Below are positions 44,466 through 54,194 of a DNA stretch of 64,000 bases, piece by piece. How positions within the stretch are numbered: the stretch's first letter is position 1; the number at the start of each line of letters is the position of its first letter. The notes beneath the pieces are model-generated. The model did no database searches, was not told the DNA's origin, and saw nothing but the letters and a program-made list of their open reading frames with translations. Source of the stretch: an uncultured Gemmatimonadales bacterium (GTDB lineage Bacteria; Gemmatimonadota; Gemmatimonadetes; Gemmatimonadales; GWC2-71-9); NCBI GenBank assembly GCA_963842945.1, contig CAWJIM010000005.1, positions 64,001 to 128,000 on the forward strand. The letters are read 5' to 3'. Position numbers and translations under genes: made by a program.

Positions 44466-45599
44466 TCACGGCCCTCGCAGGTTGAGCATCTCCTCCGCTC
44501 GGCGGTCGCGCTGCCCAGCGGCATCATAAATGGCCGTCACGCGCCCGCCGGTCTCCACCACACCGAACAACCGATAGCGCGGTATCTCGCCGACCACCTT
44601 GGGAACCGGTGCGCGCAACTGCCACCGGACTGGGACCCAGGCTCCGTCGGGAAGACGGCCAAACCGAATCTCACCGCCCGCGCTTCCGGGCGGCGCCCAC
44701 CGTGGTCGGGCGACGAACTGAAAATCGAGTGAGTGGAGCGCAAGGGAGCGTCGGTCGAATTCGAGCGAGCCCTGGAGCGCGGCGGTCCCGTGAGTGCCTT
44801 TGGCAGGCTTGAATCGGGCGACAACCGAGCTGTTGTCATCAGGGCGATCCGACGTCTCCACTGAAACACAGTGGGTTCCCAGGAACCAGTCGGTGAACAA
44901 GACCCGGGCGTCGGGACCGAAGTAGGTGGGGCCGTTCTCCGGTCGATCGTTGATGGGGCTCGGCGCCGGCCAGTCACCGTGCACGAAGCCCGTTTTACGG
45001 AGGCTGTCGGGATCGGCGCTTTGGATCGGCCAGCCGGTCAGCCGATCCTGCACCACGACCGAATCCTCTGGAGGTCCAACTATAGGTACGACGCGCCGGT
45101 AGGTCTCGGTCTCGTAGCTCCGCTTCCCCCTGCTTATCTCCGCCTCGGCCAGAGCCAAAGAAGTCTGGGCCGCCTGCAACAGGTTAGCTCCCAGGCTGGC
45201 ATCGCCCAGGGTTATCGCGCAGTTCGGCCGACTGGCCGACGCGCTCAGCTCGTGCAGCTCGAAAGGCCGGTCGGGCACCCGCAGTGTCCGTTGTGAGGTC
45301 TGGTTCTCGGTCAGGTCGAAGGTGGAGGTCTCCCAACCGCGCTGACCGATCTGCTGGACTCGAAGACGATACCGGCCCGGCTGAGGCGCCCGGAGCTGAA
45401 AGCCACCGGTTGGACTGGTCACAGTTCGCGCCCGCTCGTGCCCGCTGTCATCGAGCAGGACGATGAGCGATTCCAGCAGCGGAGATCCATCGAGCTCGCG
45501 GACCGCCCGGCCGACCACCTGCTGGGCCGCCAGATGGTGGCTGGTAAGAAGGAGGGCAAGGGCCCCGCCATAGCGGCGGAGTTGCTTCATCATCAGCAT
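44466..45599 (-). CDS. Secreted carboxypeptidase-regulatory-like domain protein
   Basis: Signal peptide, VVGRAV..GGFQL..PGRYRLRVQQIG, YFGPDA..WFLGTHC. Confidence 0.75.
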   Translation of the reverse strand: MLMMKQLRRYGGALALLLTSHHLAAQQVVGRAVRELDGSPLLESLIVLLDDSGHERARTVTSPTGGFQLRAPQPGRYRLRVQQIGQRGWETSTFDLTENQTSQRTLRVPDRPFELHELSASASRPNCAITLGDASLGANLLQAAQTSLALAEAEISRGKRSYETETYRRVVPIVGPPEDSVVVQDRLTGWPIQSADPDSLRKTGFVHGDWPAPSPINDRPENGPTYFGPDARVLFTDWFLGTHCVSVETSDRPDDNSSVVARFKPAKGTHGTAALQGSLEFDRRSLALHSLDFQFVARPRWAPPGSAGGEIRFGRLPDGAWVPVRWQLRAPVPKVVGEIPRYRLFGVVETGGRVTAIYDAAGQRDRRAEEMLNLRGP

Positions 45600-45620
45600 A
45601 ATGTCACGTATCTTGATCGA

Positions 45621-46631
45621 GTGGCAGAGCCGAAGCGTTCCAAGACTGCGAGTGAGGCAAAGCCCCGCCGCAAGAAGAAGGCGGCGGCGGAGCCGCGCTC
45701 GCGGGGCATTCCGCCCGACGCAATCAGTTCGGGAACTCCTCCCGCCGCGCTGACCCGGCTGGCCGAGGCGGTTCAGGCCGATGGCGGCACGGTGCTCGCT
45801 CCCTACAAGGATCCATTGGGAGGGAACTGGCAGCTCTTCGCCGCGCTGCCGATCGATCTGGTGGAACCCACTCCCTATCAACGCGATCTCTCCAAGCCTC
45901 ACGTCGAGCGCCTCTCCGCTGCCATGGATCGCCTGGGTCGGTACCTGGATCCAATGATCGTGGTGCGGGGGAGCACAGGTGGGGAAGGGGACGACGCGAA
46001 ACATCCCTACTGGACGCCCAACGGCAATCACCGGCTCGCCGCGCTGAAGCGCCTGGGGGCGCGCTCGGTGGTGGCGATTGTGGTGCCGGATATCGAAGTG
46101 GCGCACCGGATCCTGCTGCTCAACACCGAAAAGGCCCACAATCTCCGGGAGCGCTCGCTGGAGGTGATCCGACTGGCCGAGCTGCTGGCTCAGACCGAGA
46201 GTCGGCCCGAGCGAGACTTCGAGATCGAGTTCGAAGAGCCGGCGCTGCTCACCATCGGTCTGTGCTATCAGGAGAACGGCCGATTTGCCGGCGGCGCCTA
46301 TCATCCCGTGCTGCGGCGCGCGGAAAAGTGGCTGAGCTCGCCCCTGCCGAAGGCCCTGGAGGCGCGGCGGGAGCGGGCCGCCAGAGTGCTGGAGCTGGAT
46401 CAGGCGGTGACCGAAGCGATGAAGCGGCTGAAGGAACGCGGCTTCGACAGCCCCTATCTTCGTCCGTTCGTGGTCGCCCGGATCAATCCCCTTCGCTTCA
46501 AACGGGGCGGCAACCCGGACGTGGACGAAACCCTGGATACCATGCTCGCGGCAGCTCGCCGCTTCGATGCCGGACGGGTCCGCGCCGATCAGCTCGCCAA
46601 GGCAGGCGGGCCCACCGATGATTCGGGGTAG
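45621..46631 (+). CDS. Orphan ParB/Srx N-terminal domain protein
   Basis: VEPTPYQR, LDPMIVV, NGNHRLAA (GxxRxxA), LNTE; Lys/Arg-rich N-terminus. Confidence 0.82.
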   Translation: MAEPKRSKTASEAKPRRKKKAAAEPRSRGIPPDAISSGTPPAALTRLAEAVQADGGTVLAPYKDPLGGNWQLFAALPIDLVEPTPYQRDLSKPHVERLSAAMDRLGRYLDPMIVVRGSTGGEGDDAKHPYWTPNGNHRLAALKRLGARSVVAIVVPDIEVAHRILLLNTEKAHNLRERSLEVIRLAELLAQTESRPERDFEIEFEEPALLTIGLCYQENGRFAGGAYHPVLRRAEKWLSSPLPKALEARRERAARVLELDQAVTEAMKRLKERGFDSPYLRPFVVARINPLRFKRGGNPDVDETLDTMLAAARRFDAGRVRADQLAKAGGPTDDSG

Positions 46632-46638
46632 TACCTTC

Positions 46639-46723
46639 GCTGCCCCGCTGCCCCGCTGCCCCGCTGCCCCGCTGCCCCGCTGCCCCGCTGCCCCGCTGCC
46701 CCGCTGCCCCGCTGCCCGCTGCC
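46639..46723. repeat. Octamer tandem repeat (GCTGCCCC)x9 plus two degenerate units
   Basis: Read directly; ends 4 nt before a TATACT hexamer. Confidence 0.97.
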
Positions 46724-46761
46724 TACCTATACTTGCGTCTTACCCTGAGGAGACGGTGAAC

Positions 46762-47733
46762 ATGCGTCCCTATTGCTCCAGCACAACAGGCCTCACCTAC
46801 GCCGCCCTGATCCTGGGCCTCGGCGCCTGTAAGGCGCCAGAGAAGCGAGCCCAATCCGATAAAGCGCTGGCCGAGTCTGCCGCGGTGTACGAGGAAGTAG
46901 CGGCCCGGTTCCGCAAGGTAGGAGAAACCGCCAACCTGCAGGGCCCCGAGTCGGCCCGCTACGATCGTGATCTCGATGTCTGGTTCGTGTCCAACGTCAA
47001 CGGCACTCCAACGGCCAAGGACAACAACGGCTACATCAGCCGGCTCCGGCCCGACGGCACGCCCTACAACCTCAAGTTCATCGAAGGTGGGAAGAAGGGC
47101 GTTACCCTGAATGCACCCAAGGGGCTGTCCATTATCGGGGATACCCTCTGGGTGGCGGACATCGACTTTGCCCGCGCATTCAACAAGCGCACCGGAGCCG
47201 CCCTGGCTAATGTGACCATCCGCGGTCGGGTGAGGTTTCTGAACGGTGCCGCGGTCGGCCCCGACGGTGCGGTGTACATGACCGATACCGGAATTGCCTT
47301 TGGTCCCAAGGGTGAGCTCTCTCATCCCGGGCCGGATCAGGTCCTGCGGATCACCCGAAGCGGGGCCACGGTCGCTCTCAGCTCTCCCACGCTGGCCGGC
47401 CCCAATGGGATCGTCTGGGACTCCAAGGAAAATCGATTCGTGATCGTGTCCTTCACCGGTAACGGGATCTTCGGATGGAAGCCGGGCGACAAGGACTTGA
47501 AATCCCTGGGAACCGGCCCCGGCCAGCATGATGGGGTGGCTGTGCTGCCCGACGGCCGGATTCTGGTGACCAGCTGGGCGGATTCGAGCCTCTTCGTGTT
47601 GGACCACGGCAAAACGAGTAAGGTGGCAACGGGCATCGCGTCGCCGGCGGACATCGACTTCGACGAGAAGGACTCCCGGGTAGCCGTTCCGCAGCTTCTG
47701 CTGAACAAGGTTCAGTTCTGGGAGGCACCATGA
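46762..47733 (+). CDS. SMP-30/gluconolactonase-like lipoprotein
   Basis: Lipobox LGAC; GPES, DNNGYISRL, LNAPKG, FLNG, GPNGI, DGV, SPADI. Confidence 0.85.
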   Translation: MRPYCSSTTGLTYAALILGLGACKAPEKRAQSDKALAESAAVYEEVAARFRKVGETANLQGPESARYDRDLDVWFVSNVNGTPTAKDNNGYISRLRPDGTPYNLKFIEGGKKGVTLNAPKGLSIIGDTLWVADIDFARAFNKRTGAALANVTIRGRVRFLNGAAVGPDGAVYMTDTGIAFGPKGELSHPGPDQVLRITRSGATVALSSPTLAGPNGIVWDSKENRFVIVSFTGNGIFGWKPGDKDLKSLGTGPGQHDGVAVLPDGRILVTSWADSSLFVLDHGKTSKVATGIASPADIDFDEKDSRVAVPQLLLNKVQFWEAP

Positions 47734-48548
47734 TGCATCTGGGTATTCGTGGCGCCGCCTCTTATGCCCTTGTTGCTGTCCTAGCCGCGGTCTTAGGCGC
47801 GGCGGGGATGTGGCTGCAGGGGACCAAGAGCCGGCCCCCGACGGCGCTCGACCCGGTTACCACTCACGGCGAATGGGTAAAGATCAAGAAGGGCAACGAA
47901 ACCATCCGGGCATACGTCGCCTATCCCGAGCGCAAGACCAAGGCGCCGGCGGTGATCGTGATTCACGAGATCTTCGGATTGACCGATTGGGAGCCCACAG
48001 TGGCCGACCGGTTGGCCAAGGAGGGATTCGTGGCGATTGTGCCCGACCTGCTCTCGTCCAAGCATGGACAGTCGCCCAAGGATCCGGACGAAGGCCGCAA
48101 GCTGGTGGGTGAGCTGGAGCCGGACCGGGTCACGGCGGATCTGAATGCAACCTACAGCTACGTGAACGGCCTTCCCGCGGTCGAGAAGGATCGCATCGGG
48201 ACCATTGGGTTCTGCTGGGGCGGCGGCCAGAGCTTCCGCTACGCCACCAACAATCCCAACCTCAAGGCTGCCGTTGTGGCCTACGGCCCCGCGCCCGACT
48301 CCGCCGACATCAAGCGGATCCAGGCTCCCGTACTGGGAGTCTACGGCGAAAATGACCAGCGGATCACCGGCAGCTTGCCGGATGTGGCCGCCAAGATGCA
48401 GTCGGCCGGAAAGACATTCAGCTACGAGGTCTACCCCGGCACCGGACACGGTTTCCTCAAGCCCGGACGGCAAGGGTCGGATACGCCGCAGGTGGATCGG
48501 GCCTGGAAGCGGATCCTCGAGTTCTACCGGGCGCGGCTGGGGAAGTGA
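47730..48548 (+). CDS. Dienelactone hydrolase family protein
   Basis: IHEIFGL, GFCWGG nucleophile elbow, GHGF. Confidence 0.92.
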   Translation: MMHLGIRGAASYALVAVLAAVLGAAGMWLQGTKSRPPTALDPVTTHGEWVKIKKGNETIRAYVAYPERKTKAPAVIVIHEIFGLTDWEPTVADRLAKEGFVAIVPDLLSSKHGQSPKDPDEGRKLVGELEPDRVTADLNATYSYVNGLPAVEKDRIGTIGFCWGGGQSFRYATNNPNLKAAVVAYGPAPDSADIKRIQAPVLGVYGENDQRITGSLPDVAAKMQSAGKTFSYEVYPGTGHGFLKPGRQGSDTPQVDRAWKRILEFYRARLGK

Positions 48549-48553
48549 ATGAT

Positions 48554-48626
48554 GTGAACGGCAAACGGTGAACAGTGAACGGGGATAAGAGGCTCGCCCG
48601 TTTACCGTTTACCGTTAACCGTTTAC
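48554..48626. repeat. Heptamer-repeat hairpin (GTGAACG)x4 / (CGTTTAC)x4
   Basis: Left arm 48554-48581 and right arm 48599-48626 are near complementary. Confidence 0.9.
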
Positions 48627-48635
48627 GCTTTTCTG

Positions 48636-50225
48636 ATGCTTTTCCTCCTCCTGCTACAAACCGCGTCGCCTCTCGCCGCCCGGGCGGACACCATTCGCCC
48701 GGTGCACGATGCTCTCCACTACGACATCACCCTGGTGCCGAGCGATACCGGTCACCATGTGCTGGCGGAAGTACAGACCACCTGGCGGCTGCGCTCCGCT
48801 GAGCCGGTAGGGATGGAGCTGGATTCCGCCATGCGGGTCGTCCGCGTGCTGGTGGACGGCAAGCCGAACACCCGACTCTCCCGAACGCTGTACGCCAGGT
48901 CCGAGGGGGAGATCGAGGTGCCCCACCAAAAGTCCGCTGGCGATACGCTGACCACTCGGGTGCGGTATCACGGGTCGGTGCGCGATGGGCTGATCATCGG
49001 CGCCAACCAGTACGGAGCGCGGACCATCTTCGCTGACAACTGGCCCGATCGGGCCCACCTCTGGCTCGCCTCCCAGGATCATCCCAGCGACAAGGCCACC
49101 GTGGCCTTTCACGTGCAGGCCTCGGTCAACGATCAGGTCATCGCCAACGGAGTGCTGGAGAAGATCGACACGTTAGCGTATGGGAACGTGGTGTGGCACT
49201 ATCGAATGGATCGGCCGATTCCGGTGTATACCATGGTCGTGGGAATCGGCCGCATGGCCCGAACCCGGTTGCCGGATGGTGAATGCCAGCAGAGCTGTGT
49301 TCCGGTGACCGTATGGACCTACCCGGAAGACTCGGCGTATGCCCTGAAGGACCCCTTTCGAAGAGCGGCGGACATCCTCCGCTACTACAGCGAGCTGGTG
49401 GGCCCGTTCCCCTACGCCAGCCTGGCTCACGTCGAGTCGAGCACCCGGTTCGGCGGTATGGAGAACAGCACCGCCATTTTTTACGACGAAAAACGCTACC
49501 GCCAGCAGAACCTGGGTGAGCCGGTCGTCGCCCATGAGACCGCCCATCAGTGGTTCGGAGATGCGGTCACCGAGGGCGACTGGCATCACCTCTGGCTGTC
49601 GGAAGGCTTCGCCACCTATCTGGCGGCGCTCTGGCGGGCTCACGCCGACGGCGACAGCGCATTCAGGGCGGGCATGCGCCGGATGGCCGATGAGGTGTTC
49701 GAGTCCAAGGAGGTCGGACAGCCCATTCTTGACACCACTGCCAGAGACCTCGTCGGCCTGCTCAACACTAACAATTATCAGAAGGGCGCCTGGGTCCTGC
49801 ACCAGCTGCGGGGGGTGGTGGGAGACTCCGCGTTCTTCTCCGGTCTCCGTCGCTACTACAGCGACTTTCGCGACAGCACCGCACTCTCGGCCGACTTTGC
49901 CCGGGTAATGTCGGAGGCCGCCGGCCGGGACCTCGATTGGTACTTTCGCCAGGCGCTTACGCAACCAGGCTATCCGATGCTGGAGCTGAAATGGAGTCAC
50001 AAGGGAAAGAAGCTGACCGTCGACATCACCCAGACCCAGCCCGCCGAGTGGGGAGACTTTCAGATTCCAAGTTTGATCCTGCTGGTGGACGACATCCCGG
50101 TGCGGCTTCACGTCAAAGGCCGGCAGACTCGCCAGATCGTTGAAGGCATCCCCCGCAAGCCCAAGCGCATCGAGGTGGATCCCAAGGGCTGGTGGCTGCT
50201 GAAGGCGACAGTCCGTGAGCGGTGA
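48636..50225 (+). CDS. M1 family aminopeptidase
   Basis: GGMEN exopeptidase motif, HETAHQWFG..WLSEGFATY, YQKG. Confidence 0.93.
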   Translation: MLFLLLLQTASPLAARADTIRPVHDALHYDITLVPSDTGHHVLAEVQTTWRLRSAEPVGMELDSAMRVVRVLVDGKPNTRLSRTLYARSEGEIEVPHQKSAGDTLTTRVRYHGSVRDGLIIGANQYGARTIFADNWPDRAHLWLASQDHPSDKATVAFHVQASVNDQVIANGVLEKIDTLAYGNVVWHYRMDRPIPVYTMVVGIGRMARTRLPDGECQQSCVPVTVWTYPEDSAYALKDPFRRAADILRYYSELVGPFPYASLAHVESSTRFGGMENSTAIFYDEKRYRQQNLGEPVVAHETAHQWFGDAVTEGDWHHLWLSEGFATYLAALWRAHADGDSAFRAGMRRMADEVFESKEVGQPILDTTARDLVGLLNTNNYQKGAWVLHQLRGVVGDSAFFSGLRRYYSDFRDSTALSADFARVMSEAAGRDLDWYFRQALTQPGYPMLELKWSHKGKKLTVDITQTQPAEWGDFQIPSLILLVDDIPVRLHVKGRQTRQIVEGIPRKPKRIEVDPKGWWLLKATVRER

Positions 50226-50228
50226 TCG

Positions 50229-51027
50229 GTGAGACCAGTTACCGCGTTACCGTTTACCGCTCACGCTCGTGTGTTTACTGTGCTCGCTTGCGGCACGCTG
50301 CCCCCGCTCCGCGACAAGATCGATGTCGGCCGTGAGTCCTACGCCATCTTCGTGGGAGGAAGCGGAATCGGTGGAGATCTGTACGCGGTGAGGGCCGACG
50401 GTGGGCCCGCCTACCAGATCACCTACACCACGGTGCCCGAGCTCCGGCCGGCGCTTTCACCCGACGGCGCACAGGTGGCGTTCTTCCGCGGGCTCTCGTT
50501 GCGCGACTCGACACCGGCCAGCGTGTGGGTACTCAACCTGTTGAATGGAGCGGATCGCGAGCTCCGCTTACCCAAAGATGCCGGACTCCCCGAGCGCATC
50601 GGCTGGAGCTCCGACGGAAAGACATTGCTGGTGAAGACCAGCCAGAGCCTGTACCGCGCTGGAGGCTCCACCGGCCAAGCCCAATCCGAGGAGCGTCCCG
50701 CCCGAGGAACGTGCAGCGGCGGAGTCGAGTCTCGCCGTGCTTCTGGGAGATCCGGTCTTTGCCCGCGTCGTTCCCTGTCCCCGAAGGGAAGACCTCTGCG
50801 TCATCCCCCGCAGCGGCCGTCCCGGTATTTTGGCTCAGGCAGCAAGCGATCCGGTGCGCTGGGGCAATGACTCAGTGGCGTTCTTCACCGGTGAGCTCCT
50901 GCAGATCCGACCTCTCGCCAAGGGAAGACCTCGCCTCCTGCATTGGTCGGAGGTCCCCGCCCGGCCGCGACAGGTCACCTACTTCCAGGGCTCAGCCACT
51001 CCGTCGCAGACGCCGGATCAGATGTAA
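50229..51027 (+). CDS. TolB/PD40-like lipoprotein; frameshift near 50700
   Basis: Lipobox VLAC, PALSPDG, WSSDG; continues in ORF 50737..51027. Confidence 0.65.
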
Positions 51028-51126
51028 GCTGCACACCCGTCGCTCGATCCCTCACCTATTGAAGGTCCATGCGCTCCCCGGCTACTTTCCGGGGCTTTTC
51101 TCTGTTCACTCTTTGTGGGGTGTTTG

Positions 51127-52269
51127 ATGAAAATGCTGGTCCTCGGCGCAGGTCTTCAGGGCTGCGCCTGCGCGTACGATCTGCTGCAGAATCCTGCAAT
51201 AACCCAGGTGACCCTGGCCGACCTGCGGCCCGCCAAGTTGCCCAAATTCCTGGCCGGTGACTGGAACGGTCGTCTTCGCACGATCCGGCTCGATGTCTCC
51301 GACTCGGCGGCCGTGCGGGCGGCGTTTGCGGGGCAGGCTGCGGTCATGAGCGCCATTCCCTACTACTATAACGGCCCGATGGCGCGGGCCGCGGTCGAGG
51401 GCGGTTGCCACTTCTCCGATCTGGGAGGAAACACCGAGATCGTACTGGAGCAGAAGAAGCTGCACCAGCAAGCGGAAGCCAAAGGGATCTCGGTAATTCC
51501 CGATTGCGGGCTCGCGCCGGGGATGGTCAACATTCTGGCGGCGGAAGGTATCCGCCGGCTGGATAAGGCGGAGAAGGTGAAGATCTTCGTCGGCGGCCTT
51601 CCCCAGGCCCCCGAGCCTCCGCTCAACTACCAGATCGTCTACTCGCTGGAGGGAGCTCTCGATTACTACACCACCCCCTCCTGGGTGCTGCGCGGTGGCC
51701 GGCCGGTGCAAGTGGACGCCCTGAGTGAGGTCGAATCGGTGGAGTTTCCCTCTCCCGTTGGGACCCTCGAGGCCTTTCACACCGGAGGCGGCATCAGCAC
51801 TCTGCCCTTTGCCTACCAGGGCAGGATCGATGTCATGGAATACAAGACGCTGCGCTATCCTGGCCACGCGGCGGTGGTGCGCCCCATCCGTGAGCTGGGT
51901 CTTCTGGCCAACGAGCCGATCGAAGTCAAAGGGAGCAAGGTGGTCCCGCGCGACGTCTTCATCGCTGCGGTGAGCCCCAAGCTCTCCAAGCCAAACGGTC
52001 GCGATCTGGTCGCCCTACAGGTGCAGGTCACCGGAGCCAGGCAGGGTAAGGCTGCGTCCGTGACCTTCCGGCTGCTCGACTACTACGACGCGCAGCACGG
52101 CATCAGCGCCATGATGCGGACCACCGGGTATTCTCTCTCGATCACCGGGCAAATGCAGGTGGACGGCCGGGTTGCCGCCAAGGGAGTTCACACGCCCGAC
52201 GAGGCTATCCCGTTCCGGGATTATGTCACTGAGCTGGGCAAACGGGGGATCAGGATCGAGGAGATCTGA
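51127..52269 (+). CDS. Saccharopine dehydrogenase / lysine 6-dehydrogenase family protein
   Basis: VLGAGLQG Rossmann motif, DLGGN, DCGLAPG, LEAFHTGGG, YKTLRYPGH, AMMRTTG. Confidence 0.9.
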   Translation: MKMLVLGAGLQGCACAYDLLQNPAITQVTLADLRPAKLPKFLAGDWNGRLRTIRLDVSDSAAVRAAFAGQAAVMSAIPYYYNGPMARAAVEGGCHFSDLGGNTEIVLEQKKLHQQAEAKGISVIPDCGLAPGMVNILAAEGIRRLDKAEKVKIFVGGLPQAPEPPLNYQIVYSLEGALDYYTTPSWVLRGGRPVQVDALSEVESVEFPSPVGTLEAFHTGGGISTLPFAYQGRIDVMEYKTLRYPGHAAVVRPIRELGLLANEPIEVKGSKVVPRDVFIAAVSPKLSKPNGRDLVALQVQVTGARQGKAASVTFRLLDYYDAQHGISAMMRTTGYSLSITGQMQVDGRVAAKGVHTPDEAIPFRDYVTELGKRGIRIEEI

Positions 52270-52327
52270 ACGGAACTATTGCTGAGATCCCCGTGTTGGA
52301 GGAGACGTGGCACTCATGGGAGAGGGC

Positions 52328-52865
52328 ATGCTGGATTTCAGGAAGTTGTGGCAGGAAGCGCTGAGCGTTCGAGGCATTCGTGGCTTCGTGCAAAGCCGAG
52401 CAGTGTGGATTGTGGCAGGGGGTGTATAATCTGGCCCGGGTTCCGGATTGGGCCCTGAATGCCGTCCCGTCGGGCGCCGCCCGCAAGCTGCTGGTCATTG
52501 CCGAGGATTGGTGCGGGGACGCCTCCAATACCGTGCCGGTGGTTGCCAAGCTCGTTGATGCTGTTCCCGGGCTGGAGCTCAGGGTGATCCTGCGCGACGC
52601 CAATCCCGAAGTCATGGACCGGTATCTCACCAATGGGTCACGCTCGATTCCCGTCGTCATCGCTCTGGATGAGAACTATCGGGAGCTCGGCCACTGGGGC
52701 CCCCGACCCACCGAGCTGCAGGCCTGGGTGATGGCCAATCGCGCGACCATGCCCAAGACCGAGCTCTATCCCAAGGTTCGGAAGTGGTATGCCAAGGACC
52801 GGGGCGAAACTACGCTGCGTGAGGTGCTGCAGGCTGCGGGATTTTCGGTGGCGAAGGTGGCCTGA
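52328..52865 (+). CDS. Thioredoxin-fold protein (WCGD); indel near 52366
   Basis: IAEDWCGDA, YLTNGSRSIP, WGPRP; ATG 52328 with a purine-rich RBS. Confidence 0.85.
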
Positions 52866-52871
52866 GGCCTC

Positions 52872-54064
52872 CTAGAACATCCACCCGGTTCCGACCGAAG
52901 GATTAAACCCGTCGGGACCGCCCGCGAAGTTGAAGGTAAAGATCGTCGAGCGCAGAATTCGGAGCCCTACTCCGCCGCCCCCACCCACTTTTACTTCGTC
53001 CAGTCGTCAGCTTGAAGCCTTCGTCCTCGAAGACCCGTCCGGCGTCCACAAAGCCCAGCAGGGTGATAGCCCCGAGATCGCCAAAGGCGATCAGGTCGTG
53101 ACGGACCTCCAGATTCCCGAACAACGCGTCCTTGCCCGTAAAGCGCCCGGTGTCGAACGACCGGTGGGAGTACTGGCCGCCCAGAACCGAGATCTGGTCT
53201 TCCCACGGCTGGGATGATGTACCGGGCATTGAGGGTGGGTGAGCCTCCCATGCCCGATCCCACCAGCCGCGCCGCGACCACCGTCCCCTCCCGAATGGGC
53301 TGACGTAGCCCCGAAGCACGGTATACAGGCGGGTGTACCCACTGAGACCCGACCCCGCTTGGGCACCGACTTCAAGCAGCACGCCACGATGAGTGTTGTA
53401 CTCGAGGTCCCGGGTGTCGTAGACCAGGGCGAGCCTGCCCGTCACGTCATCTTCCTTCCGTTCCGGCCCAAAGTCCGACTGGAAGAGCGATGGTCCTGGC
53501 AGCGTGGTGAAGCGGGTCCACTCGATATTGCGCCTGGAGGGCAACCTGCCAGGGACCCCGGATCCGGCGGGTCGCCTCAGACCTGTCCGCCATAGCGAAT
53601 GCGTCGAACCCGGTAGAGGAACGGATTGGCGTCGGTAACCAGGTCATCATTCTTCACCGTCTCGTTGCCCACTCCGAAGTACCCGAAGCGAGCCTCTCTT
53701 CCTGCCGCGGCAAGCGCCTTCAGTCGCCAGTTGTTCCACAGCTGCGGCGCCCGGAACCGGGCGACGATGTAGCGGCTGCCGCGTGACGTGAACCCGGCTT
53801 CGCCGGTGATCGACGCGTTGTTGACGACCCGATCCTCGTATTCCGCCGCCTGGAAATGATGAACCCGGAAGGCCAGAACCGGCCCGTCGTTAGTGCCGCC
53901 CGTGAGGTAAGGGAAAAAGCTGGTACGCCAGGGAATGTCGCTGTCACTGTCCTGAGCGCGTACGCCCTATCACTCTCCTGAGCGCGTGCGCTATCAGTCT
54001 CCTGGGCGCATACGCGCCCAACGCTGAGCAGTGCGAGCAACACAACGATGGAAGCAATTCGCAT
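52872..54064 (-). CDS. Omp85/BamA-TamA-family surface-antigen barrel; multiple frameshifts
   Basis: Signal peptide; fragments YFGVGN, YDTRD, NLEVRH, GFVDAGRVF; terminal GWMF stop at 52872. Confidence 0.7.
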
Positions 54065-54194
54065 CGGCCTTCCGTGGAGCAAGAGCCTGGTGACCTACTC
54101 TGCGGGGATTTAGGCCCCGCACCAAGCGAAAGTCAACCGAGGGCGTAGGTTCTCGCTGCTTGCTGCCCCGGAAGTCGCTTCCTAACTTGTCGGC

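Noticed and set aside
46639..46723. Tandem arrays (also 1278-1325) as CRISPR
   Set aside because: Units are 7-9 nt with no unique spacers, and no cas genes are present
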